A stretch of 64,000 nt of DNA. It comes from an uncultured Gammaproteobacteria bacterium (GTDB taxonomy: Bacteria > Pseudomonadota > Gammaproteobacteria > JAURND01). Made by a program: the position numbers and the translations under genes. Positions 1 through 10,124 of this stretch are shown here, in pieces. The stretch lies in contig CAVQQD010000002.1 of the NCBI GenBank assembly GCA_963714975.1, forward strand, positions 32,001 through 96,000, in the 5' to 3' direction. The notes beneath the pieces are model-generated. The model was given only the letters and a program-made list of their open reading frames with translations. It was not told the DNA's origin and did not search any database. Positions within the stretch are counted from its first letter, which is position 1, and each line of letters begins with the position of its first letter.

Positions 1-1
1 A

Positions 2-3000
2 ATTCTGGAAGATTTACAGCTGTCTTTGGGATGGAGTGATAAAGAACGCCCAGAAATTTTAGTCCACTATGTGCGGCCGCTATGGGCTCAGGACCTGGGA
101 ATTAAAGTACTTACCCAAGCGATTCAGAGTGCTGCTCATCAATCCTGGTCGTTCTGGGAACCCCGCCATCAACAGCTACAAAGAGCACTAGAGCGTCTGC
201 GCTCTCAAGACAGCGAATTAGCTGAAATCGTGGGTCGTTGCTATTTTCGTGCTCTGGCCGAATGGCAATTGCAAGTAGCAGCGGCGAGTGAACGGCAAGC
301 GCAAGAACTGGAAAAATTAACCTTAGAACAAAAGCTGTGGGAAAACCGTGCTGAAACTTGGAAGAACGATTTTCACGCTAAGGTCAAAGAATTAGGGATA
401 GATTTGAGTGCTCCGACACCCGGTGTACCACCTCTGACTGAAGAGCAGCGTACTATTTATGCGAATCCTGAACAATTCCGTCAACTTGCTATCGCAATTT
501 GGGGAAGTGGTCAGGATTTTAGTATATTAGAGCCCCATAGTCATTACTGGGAGTCCAACTGGAAAAGTGCCCGCAATCAGAACCGACCGGAAGCCAACCC
601 GATGCATTTGGCGTTAAGTTGTGCTTATCGAGAAGCCCAGCACGCCGTTGAGGATGCCGCTGCCGGCAAACACCATGTGCTCCACGCGCGCCGAGAATCC
701 TTGAAACAGCAACTGATGCAAAGCAAAACGACAGCAGAGGCACTGACTAAAATACTCCAGGCTCAAAGAGTAACAGAACACAAATTTCGCGGACATGTGC
801 AACCCACTATACTTTCCCAACTGCCTAGTGTGGTGAGGGTGCCGGATCAAAAATCTTCCTCTCTTAAAAAATCCTTCCAAGAGCGGGTCACAGAATTTTG
901 GCAACGGGCGGCCCAAGAAGCGAGTGAGTTAGAACGCCAACTGGGTAATCCCCCCTGCGGCTTTAGTGTCTTAGCCTGGCCAGTCGATGGTCCCCAGATA
1001 TTGCAAGGAATTTGGCGCTGTGGTTTTTTTCTCACCGAGCCTGCTAAGGTGGACCATCTCTATTGGCGCCGGTATTATTGGTTCCTGCAAGAACGTTTGA
1101 AGACCTTAACCCAGCTTTTAGTCTTACCCATGCAATGGGCAGAACTCACTCAGGCCCAAGAGTATCAAGTCGACTCCCTAGATGTAATTCCTTATCGTCA
1201 TATGGCTTGTTGTTTGAGGGTCAGCGAGACTGAAGCGCAGCAAGCACAGAATTTATGGCCAAGTTATCAAGAGCGCAGCCAGGCCAGGCTTGCTGAAGCC
1301 ACTTTACCAGAACACAAAATGCCTCTCTCACGTGCCTTAGCGCAGCAAGATATGAAGGCTACACTTACTCCTGTGCCTGCTGCGATGAAACAAACAGTCG
1401 TAAAGCATCCAGTATGTGACCCCATGGCTACGTTACTGCGTCCTTTGCAATTATGGTTACGGGATGCCGCCAGCTTTTATGGCCTGGCTCCAGAGACACC
1501 AGAAAATTTGTTGAATGCACTGCAAACCCAGGAGCTTCTCCACCCGGATTTTATTACCGATTTGCGTGCAGCTTACACCTGGGCATTGGCTCACAGTGAA
1601 GCGTTGCAGGATGCCTGGATACATGAAGAGCCACCAGTCGGCCTTAATCTTGGGCAAGCCATTTTGCTTGCGGATAATGAGGCAGTACCCGAGCAATACC
1701 ATAGCGCTTTTTATTTATCCGCTCGACACTATCGACAGCACTGCCGTTACACCTTAGAAGTACTGCGACAAACTTATAGGGCGACGTATGCGCGTTGGTG
1801 CCACCAGGAAGCAATTCCTAAGGCCTTTAATCCTGTGGCCTTTCAGGCTAAATATTTATTAGAGCAAGCGGCCAAGTCAGAGTTGACGGATCGACAAGCC
1901 TTTAGGGTTTTAGACTCTGTTATTGAAGCGATCTCCCATCACCCCTCACTGCGAAAATCAGCGGATTGGCAACTCTCTAATTTTTTACAATTAAGCAAAG
2001 CGCGGCAATTGTATTATGTAGAACATCTTGCTCCTTATTTAACCTATGAGGAGCAAGACGCCCCTGAGGGGCTTATGCAGCAGCTTCTGAATGTCCCAGA
2101 ATTGAGTGGTCGACGCCTACGTTGGGTCAAGGAACAAAGGGAATGGCAGGAGCGACTACTCCCTATGCTTTGGGCAGAAGACAAGACGACGACTACTACA
2201 GGATTACCCCCTACTCAGAGTTCTGAAGCGTCGACTTCTTCAACAAACATAGAGCACGATACTTCAATCCAACCTCCTATCCGGGAGGAAAAAGACCAGG
2301 TAACGCCTAATGAAATAAAGGCGACGGTACCACCCATTCAGATGAGTGTGGTACGGCAAATCCAAAGCAATGGTGAATTAATTTGGCAAGTCCAGACACA
2401 CTTACTCAAACCCGAGGTAGCTAAGAAACTTTTTGACTCTACAGGACAATGGCTTCCAAAGGATCCCAAAGTTCCGGGGAACCATCGCGTTTTCCCCATC
2501 AAAATCGACAATCAACGATTCTGGATCAAGGCTTATCCCGAGCAACCCGCTATAGAATGGATTGTTCACCAATTGGATCGCCGCTTGGGAGTATTTGGTA
2601 CCCCGCGTTTTGAAGTGGTGAAATTTCATCACGGGGGTCAAACTTCTTGTGCATTACTTAGTGAGCATGTCATGGGTTCTACATTGAAAAAGGTTACTCA
2701 AAAGAAACCTAAAAGACTCGCCAAGTTGGATTTTATTTCATTCGCTCGCACTTTATTGCGCGTTTTGCTGATTAATCCTGAGGATGATAAAGATGATGAT
2801 TACTTGCTTGAAATTCAGCCAAACGGTCAACTGCATTTAAAACGAATTGATAACGATCGCGCATTTTTTGAACCCTTTACAGCAGAGGGCAATTACTTTT
2901 TTAGCAAGGCGACTTTGCAAGTCAAAAGTGTGGTGTATTGCTTGGAACAAATGCGTCAAAACTGGCCTTGTGAGCCTAGGATGCAAAGCCTTTTGGAAGA

Positions 3001-5812
3001 GTGGCGGCGGATACAACCCCTGACCTTGATGCAAGATTTATTAGATCAGGCTACGAAACAACAGCTGGCGTGGAAAGAATTGTTTTCACAAACTGAGGTT
3101 GAGGATCATTTTAAGTTGCCTGACCCTGATAAATGTTTAGCCGTGATGTTTTTCCCCCCCGGAGTCACCAAGGAAGTTATCAACCGATTGACTTTGATGC
3201 AAAATTCGCTTCGCGTAGCGGCCCAAAAACTTGCTGAAGCTAAAACCCCTCATATTAGCTCAGAGCCCAAAAAACCTAGTTTTTACCCACTGAATGGATT
3301 GACTTTGCTGTACGATACTCAGCCGAAACTAGGGCGGTATTATGCTAAATCCCATGGGGAGCATGTCAGTTCACAGGGCGAAGAACCTAAGCAGAGTGCT
3401 GAAATTACGTGTGATCATAGTCAAGTAGACCATCGCTTTTCCCAAGCAGTGGGTCCTTGGTATAAAAAAAATACTCAAGGGGAGATGACAACTAACATAT
3501 CGAGTTTCAAAGCTTTCCAAGTGAGTCTTCGGTTACAAAAACCTTTAAAAATTGAGCAATTAAGCAATATGTGGCTCGGACAAGAATTCAGTCCTCAGCA
3601 AGAATTAAGTGGGTTAAAAGAGTGGCGGATGACGCGTTTACGCCATTTAGAACAACGAATGTTAGCGCCTAAGTCCACTGTGTTAGCTGAATCAAAAATA
3701 TTACCCCAAAATGCAAGTCTTACCTCTCAAAATGAAGAAAAACTTTGGCAAAACCATCACGCACATGCAGCAGAGGAATTTCGGGCCTTACCACAGCCCC
3801 AACGCGAGAAAATATGGAATAATTTTTATTTAAAACTGCGGCGTCAACAGCTGAATGATCCGCAGCAATTAATTATACTCCATGCCATGATCGGAGCTGG
3901 TTGGCGAGAACTGGATTTGAGTGTATTTAATCCTGAATTAATTACCGACGAAAAGGTAACGGCATTACTGAGAGGGACACAGACAGCCTTACCTGTCATA
4001 CCGTTGCTTAAACTTAATCTGAATGGTTGTTATTGCTTATCGGAAAATATTTTAGATATAATTCAGCGTTACAGCTATGAAACCCTTGAGCGCTTATACT
4101 GTAATCGCCTGCTTTGGCAAAACATTGCTCTAGAGAATTGGGATCGATTGCTTTATTTTGAAGGTATAGGCACTAAAGTTTCGCAGTTCGTCATGAATAG
4201 GGTGCCTAAATTAAAGCAATTAAACTTATCTAAAACAACTCTGGTAACGCTCAGTGGGACTGCGCCAGAATTAGCTTATGTAAATGTGGATGGCTGCCAC
4301 CAGTTACGGCATATTGGTAAGCCAGGAGTAATTACGGGTCAGCCCTTGAATGCCCCGCAGTTAAAAGTGTTAAATATCGCCAAGTGTGTCAATTTGGAAT
4401 ATCTGTCTTTACCCAAAACACTTTTTTATGAAGCCATTATTTCACAACTACCCGAGTATCCTAAATTACAGGCGATCGAGTTACAAATCGATCAAGGTTT
4501 TATTTCTATACCGAGCTACGCTATCCCTCCGCTGATTGCGCAAAGTAAGACTTTAGATTGTGACGGAGCAGGATTGTCTTCGTCACAAATTATTAAATTA
4601 ACTGCTTATTTGGCGCATGATCAATTTTTCAATCATGTAGACTTGAGCAATAACCGTTTAATTTGGGATTTGCCTGGATGGGAACAGGAAGCATTGCTTG
4701 CCTTAGGCAAGGCATTGGCGAGCAATAAAACCATTACCCATCTCAATATAAGTCGCCATGTGGTGAATATAGGGGATAGATGGCGTGGTATGGAGGAAAT
4801 ACCACTACGTACTTGCCAATTGTTTTGCGATATGATTGAACATAGCTCACTGATTAGTCTGGACATGTGGGGTGTTTGGGTGCATCCCTATGCAATTAAA
4901 AGGATCAGCGCAGCTGCGCGAGCGAATCCAACATTCCAAGAACTGAGGCATCATTATATCCACCATGTGGTCTCGGTATGGAATAAGAGGGGGGCAAAAA
5001 AACAATGGGTAAAAAAAGATGACTGTATCCAAAAGGTACAGCAATTAACTGAAGCAAAAACTCCTATAACCGGTAAGCTCGAAAATTTCTCCTCTGCAAT
5101 GCCTGGTGAAGCAGAACTTTTGCAACAGGTCTCAAGTAGTAATTCCCTATTTGAAAGTCCAGTGGTATTTTTTTCTACTCCTGATTCAAAGCAGACTAGC
5201 GCAATGGGTGTGCACAAAACAGTCACACCCACCTTTATCCGATGCCAAAACCAATTAATCAAAGAATGTGAACAAGGTAATTTGGCTGGTGTCATGAAAT
5301 GGATTGCTAAAGGTGCTCAAGTGAATGAATCGAATGCGGAGGGGAAAAAACCTTTATATTCAGCCGTATATGGCCTGAATTTTCGGATAGTACAATATTT
5401 AATACAACAGCATAAAAAAGGGATGGAATCTATTAGTTGGAAAGGTTGTGAGGGGCACAATAAAAAACATTACGGCAAAACATTTCTTATGGAAAAGCGT
5501 ATTGTCGAGACTAATGAGGATTGGTGTCATTTAATGGAAACGACTCAAGAGAGTGAATTTTTGGACGGTTACCTGTTAAGTAAATATCCAAACACACATA
5601 AGTGGCAGTTTGCGAGGTTGGACGTTGCTTGTTACCAACATGAAAAGGTTGATGGTGGGGTTGCAAAGCCTCTTACTCAAGACATGATGGTGTGGTGGAT
5701 AAAAACAGCTGAAGGGTTGGAAGTACTGAAAGAGCAAATTATACGTGAATTGCAGCAGCAGGAGTGCTCCAGCCATAGTAAAAGTACCATGACATCTACA
5801 TCCTGGCTTTGA
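2..5812 (+). CDS. Giant (>1930 aa) multidomain effector-like protein: DUF294_C-like helical region, PI3/4-kinase-like domain, LRRs, ankyrin repeat; 5' end lies outside the window
   Basis: Frame is open from base 2 (ILEDLQLSLGW...). Kinase-like motifs FWIKAYPE, LLINPEDDKDDDY and RIDNDRAF at ~2520-2870. LxxLxLxxC repeats at ~3900-4930. Ankyrin-like CEQGNLAGVMKWIAKGAQVNESNAEGKKPLYSA at ~5250-5410. Confidence 0.75.
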   Translation: MLEDLQLSLGWSDKERPEILVHYVRPLWAQDLGIKVLTQAIQSAAHQSWSFWEPRHQQLQRALERLRSQDSELAEIVGRCYFRALAEWQLQVAAASERQAQELEKLTLEQKLWENRAETWKNDFHAKVKELGIDLSAPTPGVPPLTEEQRTIYANPEQFRQLAIAIWGSGQDFSILEPHSHYWESNWKSARNQNRPEANPMHLALSCAYREAQHAVEDAAAGKHHVLHARRESLKQQLMQSKTTAEALTKILQAQRVTEHKFRGHVQPTILSQLPSVVRVPDQKSSSLKKSFQERVTEFWQRAAQEASELERQLGNPPCGFSVLAWPVDGPQILQGIWRCGFFLTEPAKVDHLYWRRYYWFLQERLKTLTQLLVLPMQWAELTQAQEYQVDSLDVIPYRHMACCLRVSETEAQQAQNLWPSYQERSQARLAEATLPEHKMPLSRALAQQDMKATLTPVPAAMKQTVVKHPVCDPMATLLRPLQLWLRDAASFYGLAPETPENLLNALQTQELLHPDFITDLRAAYTWALAHSEALQDAWIHEEPPVGLNLGQAILLADNEAVPEQYHSAFYLSARHYRQHCRYTLEVLRQTYRATYARWCHQEAIPKAFNPVAFQAKYLLEQAAKSELTDRQAFRVLDSVIEAISHHPSLRKSADWQLSNFLQLSKARQLYYVEHLAPYLTYEEQDAPEGLMQQLLNVPELSGRRLRWVKEQREWQERLLPMLWAEDKTTTTTGLPPTQSSEASTSSTNIEHDTSIQPPIREEKDQVTPNEIKATVPPIQMSVVRQIQSNGELIWQVQTHLLKPEVAKKLFDSTGQWLPKDPKVPGNHRVFPIKIDNQRFWIKAYPEQPAIEWIVHQLDRRLGVFGTPRFEVVKFHHGGQTSCALLSEHVMGSTLKKVTQKKPKRLAKLDFISFARTLLRVLLINPEDDKDDDYLLEIQPNGQLHLKRIDNDRAFFEPFTAEGNYFFSKATLQVKSVVYCLEQMRQNWPCEPRMQSLLEEWRRIQPLTLMQDLLDQATKQQLAWKELFSQTEVEDHFKLPDPDKCLAVMFFPPGVTKEVINRLTLMQNSLRVAAQKLAEAKTPHISSEPKKPSFYPLNGLTLLYDTQPKLGRYYAKSHGEHVSSQGEEPKQSAEITCDHSQVDHRFSQAVGPWYKKNTQGEMTTNISSFKAFQVSLRLQKPLKIEQLSNMWLGQEFSPQQELSGLKEWRMTRLRHLEQRMLAPKSTVLAESKILPQNASLTSQNEEKLWQNHHAHAAEEFRALPQPQREKIWNNFYLKLRRQQLNDPQQLIILHAMIGAGWRELDLSVFNPELITDEKVTALLRGTQTALPVIPLLKLNLNGCYCLSENILDIIQRYSYETLERLYCNRLLWQNIALENWDRLLYFEGIGTKVSQFVMNRVPKLKQLNLSKTTLVTLSGTAPELAYVNVDGCHQLRHIGKPGVITGQPLNAPQLKVLNIAKCVNLEYLSLPKTLFYEAIISQLPEYPKLQAIELQIDQGFISIPSYAIPPLIAQSKTLDCDGAGLSSSQIIKLTAYLAHDQFFNHVDLSNNRLIWDLPGWEQEALLALGKALASNKTITHLNISRHVVNIGDRWRGMEEIPLRTCQLFCDMIEHSSLISLDMWGVWVHPYAIKRISAAARANPTFQELRHHYIHHVVSVWNKRGAKKQWVKKDDCIQKVQQLTEAKTPITGKLENFSSAMPGEAELLQQVSSSNSLFESPVVFFSTPDSKQTSAMGVHKTVTPTFIRCQNQLIKECEQGNLAGVMKWIAKGAQVNESNAEGKKPLYSAVYGLNFRIVQYLIQQHKKGMESISWKGCEGHNKKHYGKTFLMEKRIVETNEDWCHLMETTQESEFLDGYLLSKYPNTHKWQFARLDVACYQHEKVDGGVAKPLTQDMMVWWIKTAEGLEVLKEQIIRELQQQECSSHSKSTMTSTSWL

Positions 5813-6343
5813 AAATCACAAAGCTTTTAATAATTTTTTAAGCATTTTCACGTAGTGTTTTGCGATTTTTTAGAGGGTTGCATTATATAGGGAAATAAAA
5901 TAACTTATGCGGTACATTCAAGGCTGTGTTAGCCAATAGGCTGACGTGGCCCACTTGCGGTACAGGGAGTCCAGTCCTCATTCTAAGAACTTACAGAATG
6001 AGGTTTGAATTTCGAAGAAACGCACAGTAGTGTGCTGAATCGCCTGAAAAAAGTGAGGGTATTGCTAGTCCTATAACATTTTGTTGGGTGCACAAAGTAG
6101 GTGGGGGGGGTGCGCTACATAAAAACCTACCCAATGAACCATTATCGAAATAGCCAGAATTTAGTTATTTCCGATAGGGGCTAAGATTTTTAATAAGAAC
6201 TGGTTTTAAAAGCTATCCGCAAATAAAACAGAATGGAATTTTGCTTGTAACTGATTACCTGTAGTTCCCCAAAGTTAGCGAGCAATCAGGAAAATATATG
6301 ATTTTTCCTCCCTACAGAGGACAAGGAATTTATTTTAAACGTA

Positions 6344-6376
6344 CTTCATAATTCCTTAATAAGTCTCATGTACTAT
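6344..6376 (+). promoter_or_regulatory. PmrA-like box with -10 element
   Basis: cTTCAtaat-tc-cTTAAtaag; TACTAT starts after an 11-nt spacer following the second cTTAA, the same geometry as three other sites in the window. Confidence 0.55.
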
Positions 6377-6406
6377 AAATTTACTTTATTTTTTTAAGAG
6401 GATTTT

Positions 6407-7591
6407 ATGCAGGACACTCCGATACCTTTTGAAATTTTCCAGCAATGCTATGACGATTTGCACAATATATTTGAGAAAGAACGGAGTCTAACTAGTTTTG
6501 ATTCATGCGTTTTGATGCAGGATGCAGAGATGGAAGAAGCTTTGTCGAGTCTTTTTGAAGGGGCAAACTCAGTAGAAAGGATAGAAACATTTTACAAGTC
6601 AGCCCAAAGAATGGCAGGTTTATTAAAATCTCATAATAGGTTGCCTGATGAATCGCCGGGTAAAAAGAGCTTTGATGCTTGCGAGAAAGTGTGTTTGGAA
6701 TATTCAGGGCGGGAAACAGGGTTGGTTTTCTTGGGTGCCCGGAAGGATAAACCGATTTTGGATACAGAGGAATGGCTTAAGGTTCCAGAGCATAAGGCGG
6801 CCTATGACGACTATGCAAAACGGCACCATGAACACTTTCTCGAAAAATATAAAACACAACTAGAGTTTGAAGAACAAAATAAAATTTGTACTAGATTTAG
6901 TAATTTCTGGAAAGATAATCCTAAATTAGCTACTAGAATACCTCATTTATTTTGGCCAATCCCTGTGTCAATAGGTCTCACTTATCTGGCGAGTCTAGTT
7001 TATGATGTCTGTTATCATGCATCGAGTATCGATGCAGTAAATAAATTTTTTAGTTCTAGGTTGCGGGATGCTTCTTCCTTTGAGATGTTAAAAACTCCTG
7101 GGGCTATATATGGATTGGCAACTTTACTAGCTGTAGCCGTTTGTGTTAGTGCTTGTTATTGGTGCAGCAAAAAACAACCAAAAGAACAAAAATACATCCC
7201 GCAGCAAAAGCTTAATGAAAAAAATGAAATTTGTTCTAGGTTTAGTAATTTCCGAAAAGATAATCCTAAATTAGTTGCAAGAATACCTCATTTGTTTTGG
7301 CCAATCCCCGTGTCAATAGGTCTCACTTATCTCGCAAGCCTAGTTTATGACGTCTGTTATCATGCATCGAGTATCGATACAGTAAATAAATTTTTTAATT
7401 CCAGGCTGCGGGATGCTTCTTCCTTTGAGATGTTAAAGACTCCTGGGGCTATATATGGATTGGCAACTTTACTAGCCGTTGCCGTTTGTGTTAGCGCTTG
7501 TTGTTGGTGCAGCAAAAAACAACCAAAGGAACAAAAATACACCCCGATTCTAGATAACCGGATTGTGGGGGGAACTTCACACAACAAATAG
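6407..7591 (+). CDS. Hypothetical membrane protein with a tandemly duplicated 2-TM module (effector candidate)
   Basis: 394-aa ORF with GAGG RBS; two near-identical 115-aa units, each with two hydrophobic helices ending CVSACxWCSKKQPK. Confidence 0.75.
   Translation: MQDTPIPFEIFQQCYDDLHNIFEKERSLTSFDSCVLMQDAEMEEALSSLFEGANSVERIETFYKSAQRMAGLLKSHNRLPDESPGKKSFDACEKVCLEYSGRETGLVFLGARKDKPILDTEEWLKVPEHKAAYDDYAKRHHEHFLEKYKTQLEFEEQNKICTRFSNFWKDNPKLATRIPHLFWPIPVSIGLTYLASLVYDVCYHASSIDAVNKFFSSRLRDASSFEMLKTPGAIYGLATLLAVAVCVSACYWCSKKQPKEQKYIPQQKLNEKNEICSRFSNFRKDNPKLVARIPHLFWPIPVSIGLTYLASLVYDVCYHASSIDTVNKFFNSRLRDASSFEMLKTPGAIYGLATLLAVAVCVSACCWCSKKQPKEQKYTPILDNRIVGGTSHNK
6884..7545 (+). repeat. In-frame tandem duplication, period 345 bp
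   Basis: atttgt.. at 6884 recurs at 7229; the copies differ by scattered substitutions. Confidence 0.95.
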
Positions 7592-8034
7592 ATGATTTGT
7601 TGCCCAGGGTTTAAAACAAATAGAAATTGTCCAGTGCTTAGAGCGTTTGCATTGCAAGTAAGAGTGATACATCTCAATTACTGATTGATGCCTAAAACCA
7701 CATAGATAACCACTGAATGAGCAGGCTGAGCGTATTTTGTTTAGTCGGGATGACAGCTCTGTGTGTGGTCGTTAGCTAGGTGAAAAACTGTGGATCAGGG
7801 TTTTGTCTGTATAAAGTTTATAATTATTCTTGCTTCAATTTTGCGCGGTTCGGCGCTGCTCTATTGTGTTTTACTATGCATTCGCAGGGAAATACCCGCC
7901 TAATAAAAATTTTTAAAATCCATGGGTTACGACACAACTCCCTGATTGTTAATCAATTGATCTTCTAGTTTAAGTTAAAATTTCCAAAAAAAAAGAATTT
8001 TGCTCAGGGGGCAAATTAATTTATAAATAGAAAA

Positions 8035-9069
8035 TTAATAAAATTTATGTTCTTGGATAATTTCATCAATGTTCTTACGGTTTTTTTCGTAGAAACTTAC
8101 TTCAACTGCGAATCCATCACTACAAGCATACGCTAGCATTCGTAATAATTTATCATTACTATTCAAATGGTTTCTTCCATTTAAACGACTACTTAAAAAT
8201 CTTGCATATTTTTTATCATTTTCTAAAAAGCAAAATATTAAAGTATTTTTTTTGTTATGATCTAGCAAAGTCATATAAGTTATCCACGGCATATAATGGT
8301 ACCCTAATATCTTCAGTTTAAAGAAATCAGCTCTTGGGCTCAACATAGGAGTCGATCGACCGCAAAAAATGAGATTATATGAATCTAAAGACATTTCTAA
8401 AAATTCGGTTTCTTCATAATTATCGGATTTGATCATTTGTTCAATTTGTTTCTTCCTATCTTCATGCTCATTTAAACAAAACTCTAGCTGTTTTTCCCAA
8501 ACACCACTCCCCAAATGTTTTGCTAATTTTTCCTCTTTCTCGATTAAATCTCCAATATAATTTTGCCTAGATAGATGTTGGATCCTTAATATTTGAATCC
8601 TAATGTGGTAGATGCCATAACATATATTTCTGTAATGAATGAGGCTAGCTTTTTTCTTGTCGATTTTCCCATCAAATAAATCTATCGATTCAAATAAGCT
8701 GTTGTCATGAACTGCACAAAAACCTTTAAAAGTTGTAAATTTTTTCTTATCAATTTCTTTAATCAGTTTTTGATTTTCTTTTTTGATTATTTTTGAAAAA
8801 TTAGTTTGAAAAGTCCGAATTTTCTTTAAATCACTATTTAATTTAAAGAGATAATGTTCAGGTATTGTGTGTGATGATATTGGTTTGTTTTGGCAAGGTG
8901 CATAGAAACATTTTTTATTACTATATCGGATATTCCCGGTTTCCGATATTAGTTTTTCAATAGGCATGAACTCTTTATTCATTTTTTTACTCAATTCGTA
9001 TCTACCTGACGTAGATACGGAATGCAATTTCGATAAAGTAGCAACTAAATTGGGTAAATTATTGACCAC
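8035..9069 (-). CDS. AT-rich island cargo protein with Cys/His (His-Me finger/HNH-like) motifs
   Basis: CFYAPCQNKPISSHTIP ... TFKGFCAVHDNSLF; visibly lower GC than the core genes. Confidence 0.6.
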   Translation of the reverse strand: MVNNLPNLVATLSKLHSVSTSGRYELSKKMNKEFMPIEKLISETGNIRYSNKKCFYAPCQNKPISSHTIPEHYLFKLNSDLKKIRTFQTNFSKIIKKENQKLIKEIDKKKFTTFKGFCAVHDNSLFESIDLFDGKIDKKKASLIHYRNICYGIYHIRIQILRIQHLSRQNYIGDLIEKEEKLAKHLGSGVWEKQLEFCLNEHEDRKKQIEQMIKSDNYEETEFLEMSLDSYNLIFCGRSTPMLSPRADFFKLKILGYHYMPWITYMTLLDHNKKNTLIFCFLENDKKYARFLSSRLNGRNHLNSNDKLLRMLAYACSDGFAVEVSFYEKNRKNIDEIIQEHKFY

Positions 9070-9304
9070 TTTGCTGGAATCAAGTTACTAATGGAATACA
9101 AGGATATCAGATAGACGGCTTGCTGCGCCAGGGTTTTAGATAAACAGAGATTGCCCAGCAGTTAAGGGCGTTCTGCATTACAGATATGCATTTGAAGCTT
9201 AGCACATATCTCAGCTGATAAGGATGCATGGAATGTTTCGAGACTCATTCTAGTCGAAGCAAAGAAAATTTCCCTCAATGCTAAAGAAAATTGACCCATC
9301 ATAT

Positions 9305-9518
9305 AAGCTATCCGATGCACATATTCGGTCAGCAATTTCCGCTAAAGCCTTATTACCGGTCAATGAAATCAATACAAAAAGCAGCAATTGTAAGTCACCA
9401 CTTGTTCTCGCTGCTCCGTCATTAGACCGGCGGGTGACAAATTCGTCAGGAACGAATTTGGACGCGCGAAGCGACCCCAGAAGGGTAAAGCCAAGGATAA
9501 CGGACGGGAGTTGGCTGC
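9305..9518 (+). repeat. Composite dispersed repeat (AAGCTATCCG.. / CAGCAATTCCCGCT family) containing a 17-bp IS110 left-end scar
   Basis: 9305-9343 matches 25618-25657; 9382-9405 is identical to 36578-36601; 9406-9438 matches 37889-37921 at 26/33. Confidence 0.8.
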
Positions 9519-9704
9519 CTGGTTAGGCTTAGTGCCGAGACAATGCTCCATTGGTCGGATACTAAGTTAAATTATTCTGCGTTGATTTTTTGTCTCAGGT
9601 GGGGTGGCCGATATCAATTATAGTAGGTGGCTGCTTTCGATTGTATTAGGCCGGCCAGAATCAATTGTATTGGGTGGTCAGATTGCATTGCATTATGCAT
9701 AGGC

Positions 9705-9890
9705 CTACGTCACTGCTCGATTGATGATTTAATATGCGCTTCAAAGCATAACCTGGAATAACCAAACTCTCCCCTACCGTAATAATGGTACGGCGCAAAT
9801 CATGCATCGTAAATTTTTTACCAGTCTGTTCGATAATCTTGGAATTTTTTTCCGCGGCTCAATTAAAAAACCTTGCTGGCCTATTATACG
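9705..9890 (-). pseudogene. Tyrosine integrase C-terminal remnant
   Basis: Minus strand translates KFTMHDLRRTIITVGESLVIPGYALKRILNHQSSSDV (HxLRR and LNH boxes), preceded by a frameshifted GFLIEPRKK. Confidence 0.75.
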
Positions 9891-10124
9891 ACAGTTGACG
9901 CCGAACACCATCAAAATCGAATTATATACTCAGAGTGTATTTATGGGTGAATCTCACTGTCTGGATTACAGTCAATTGTTATTTCTTGGGACAAATAGGG
10001 ACAAAGTGATTTTTTCCATTTGTCCCCCATTTTTTTCGTATAGGTTGTTGATTTTGAAGTGAGGATTTCCTCTGGGACATGTGGGACAATCAGGACAAGC
10101 TTTTTTTGTATCCTACAATATGAA

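Noticed and set aside
7935-7975. IHF-like site plus degenerate tRNA-like sequence (ttaatcaattgatc) as the island's distal att site
   Set aside because: It is in the opposite orientation to tRNA-Lys and matches it poorly; kept only as a tentative boundary.
9278-9551. Short ORFs 9278-9526 and 9369-9551, similar to 36454-36675 (QVVTYNCC)
   Set aside because: The similarity comes from shared repeat and IS-end DNA, not from a protein family.
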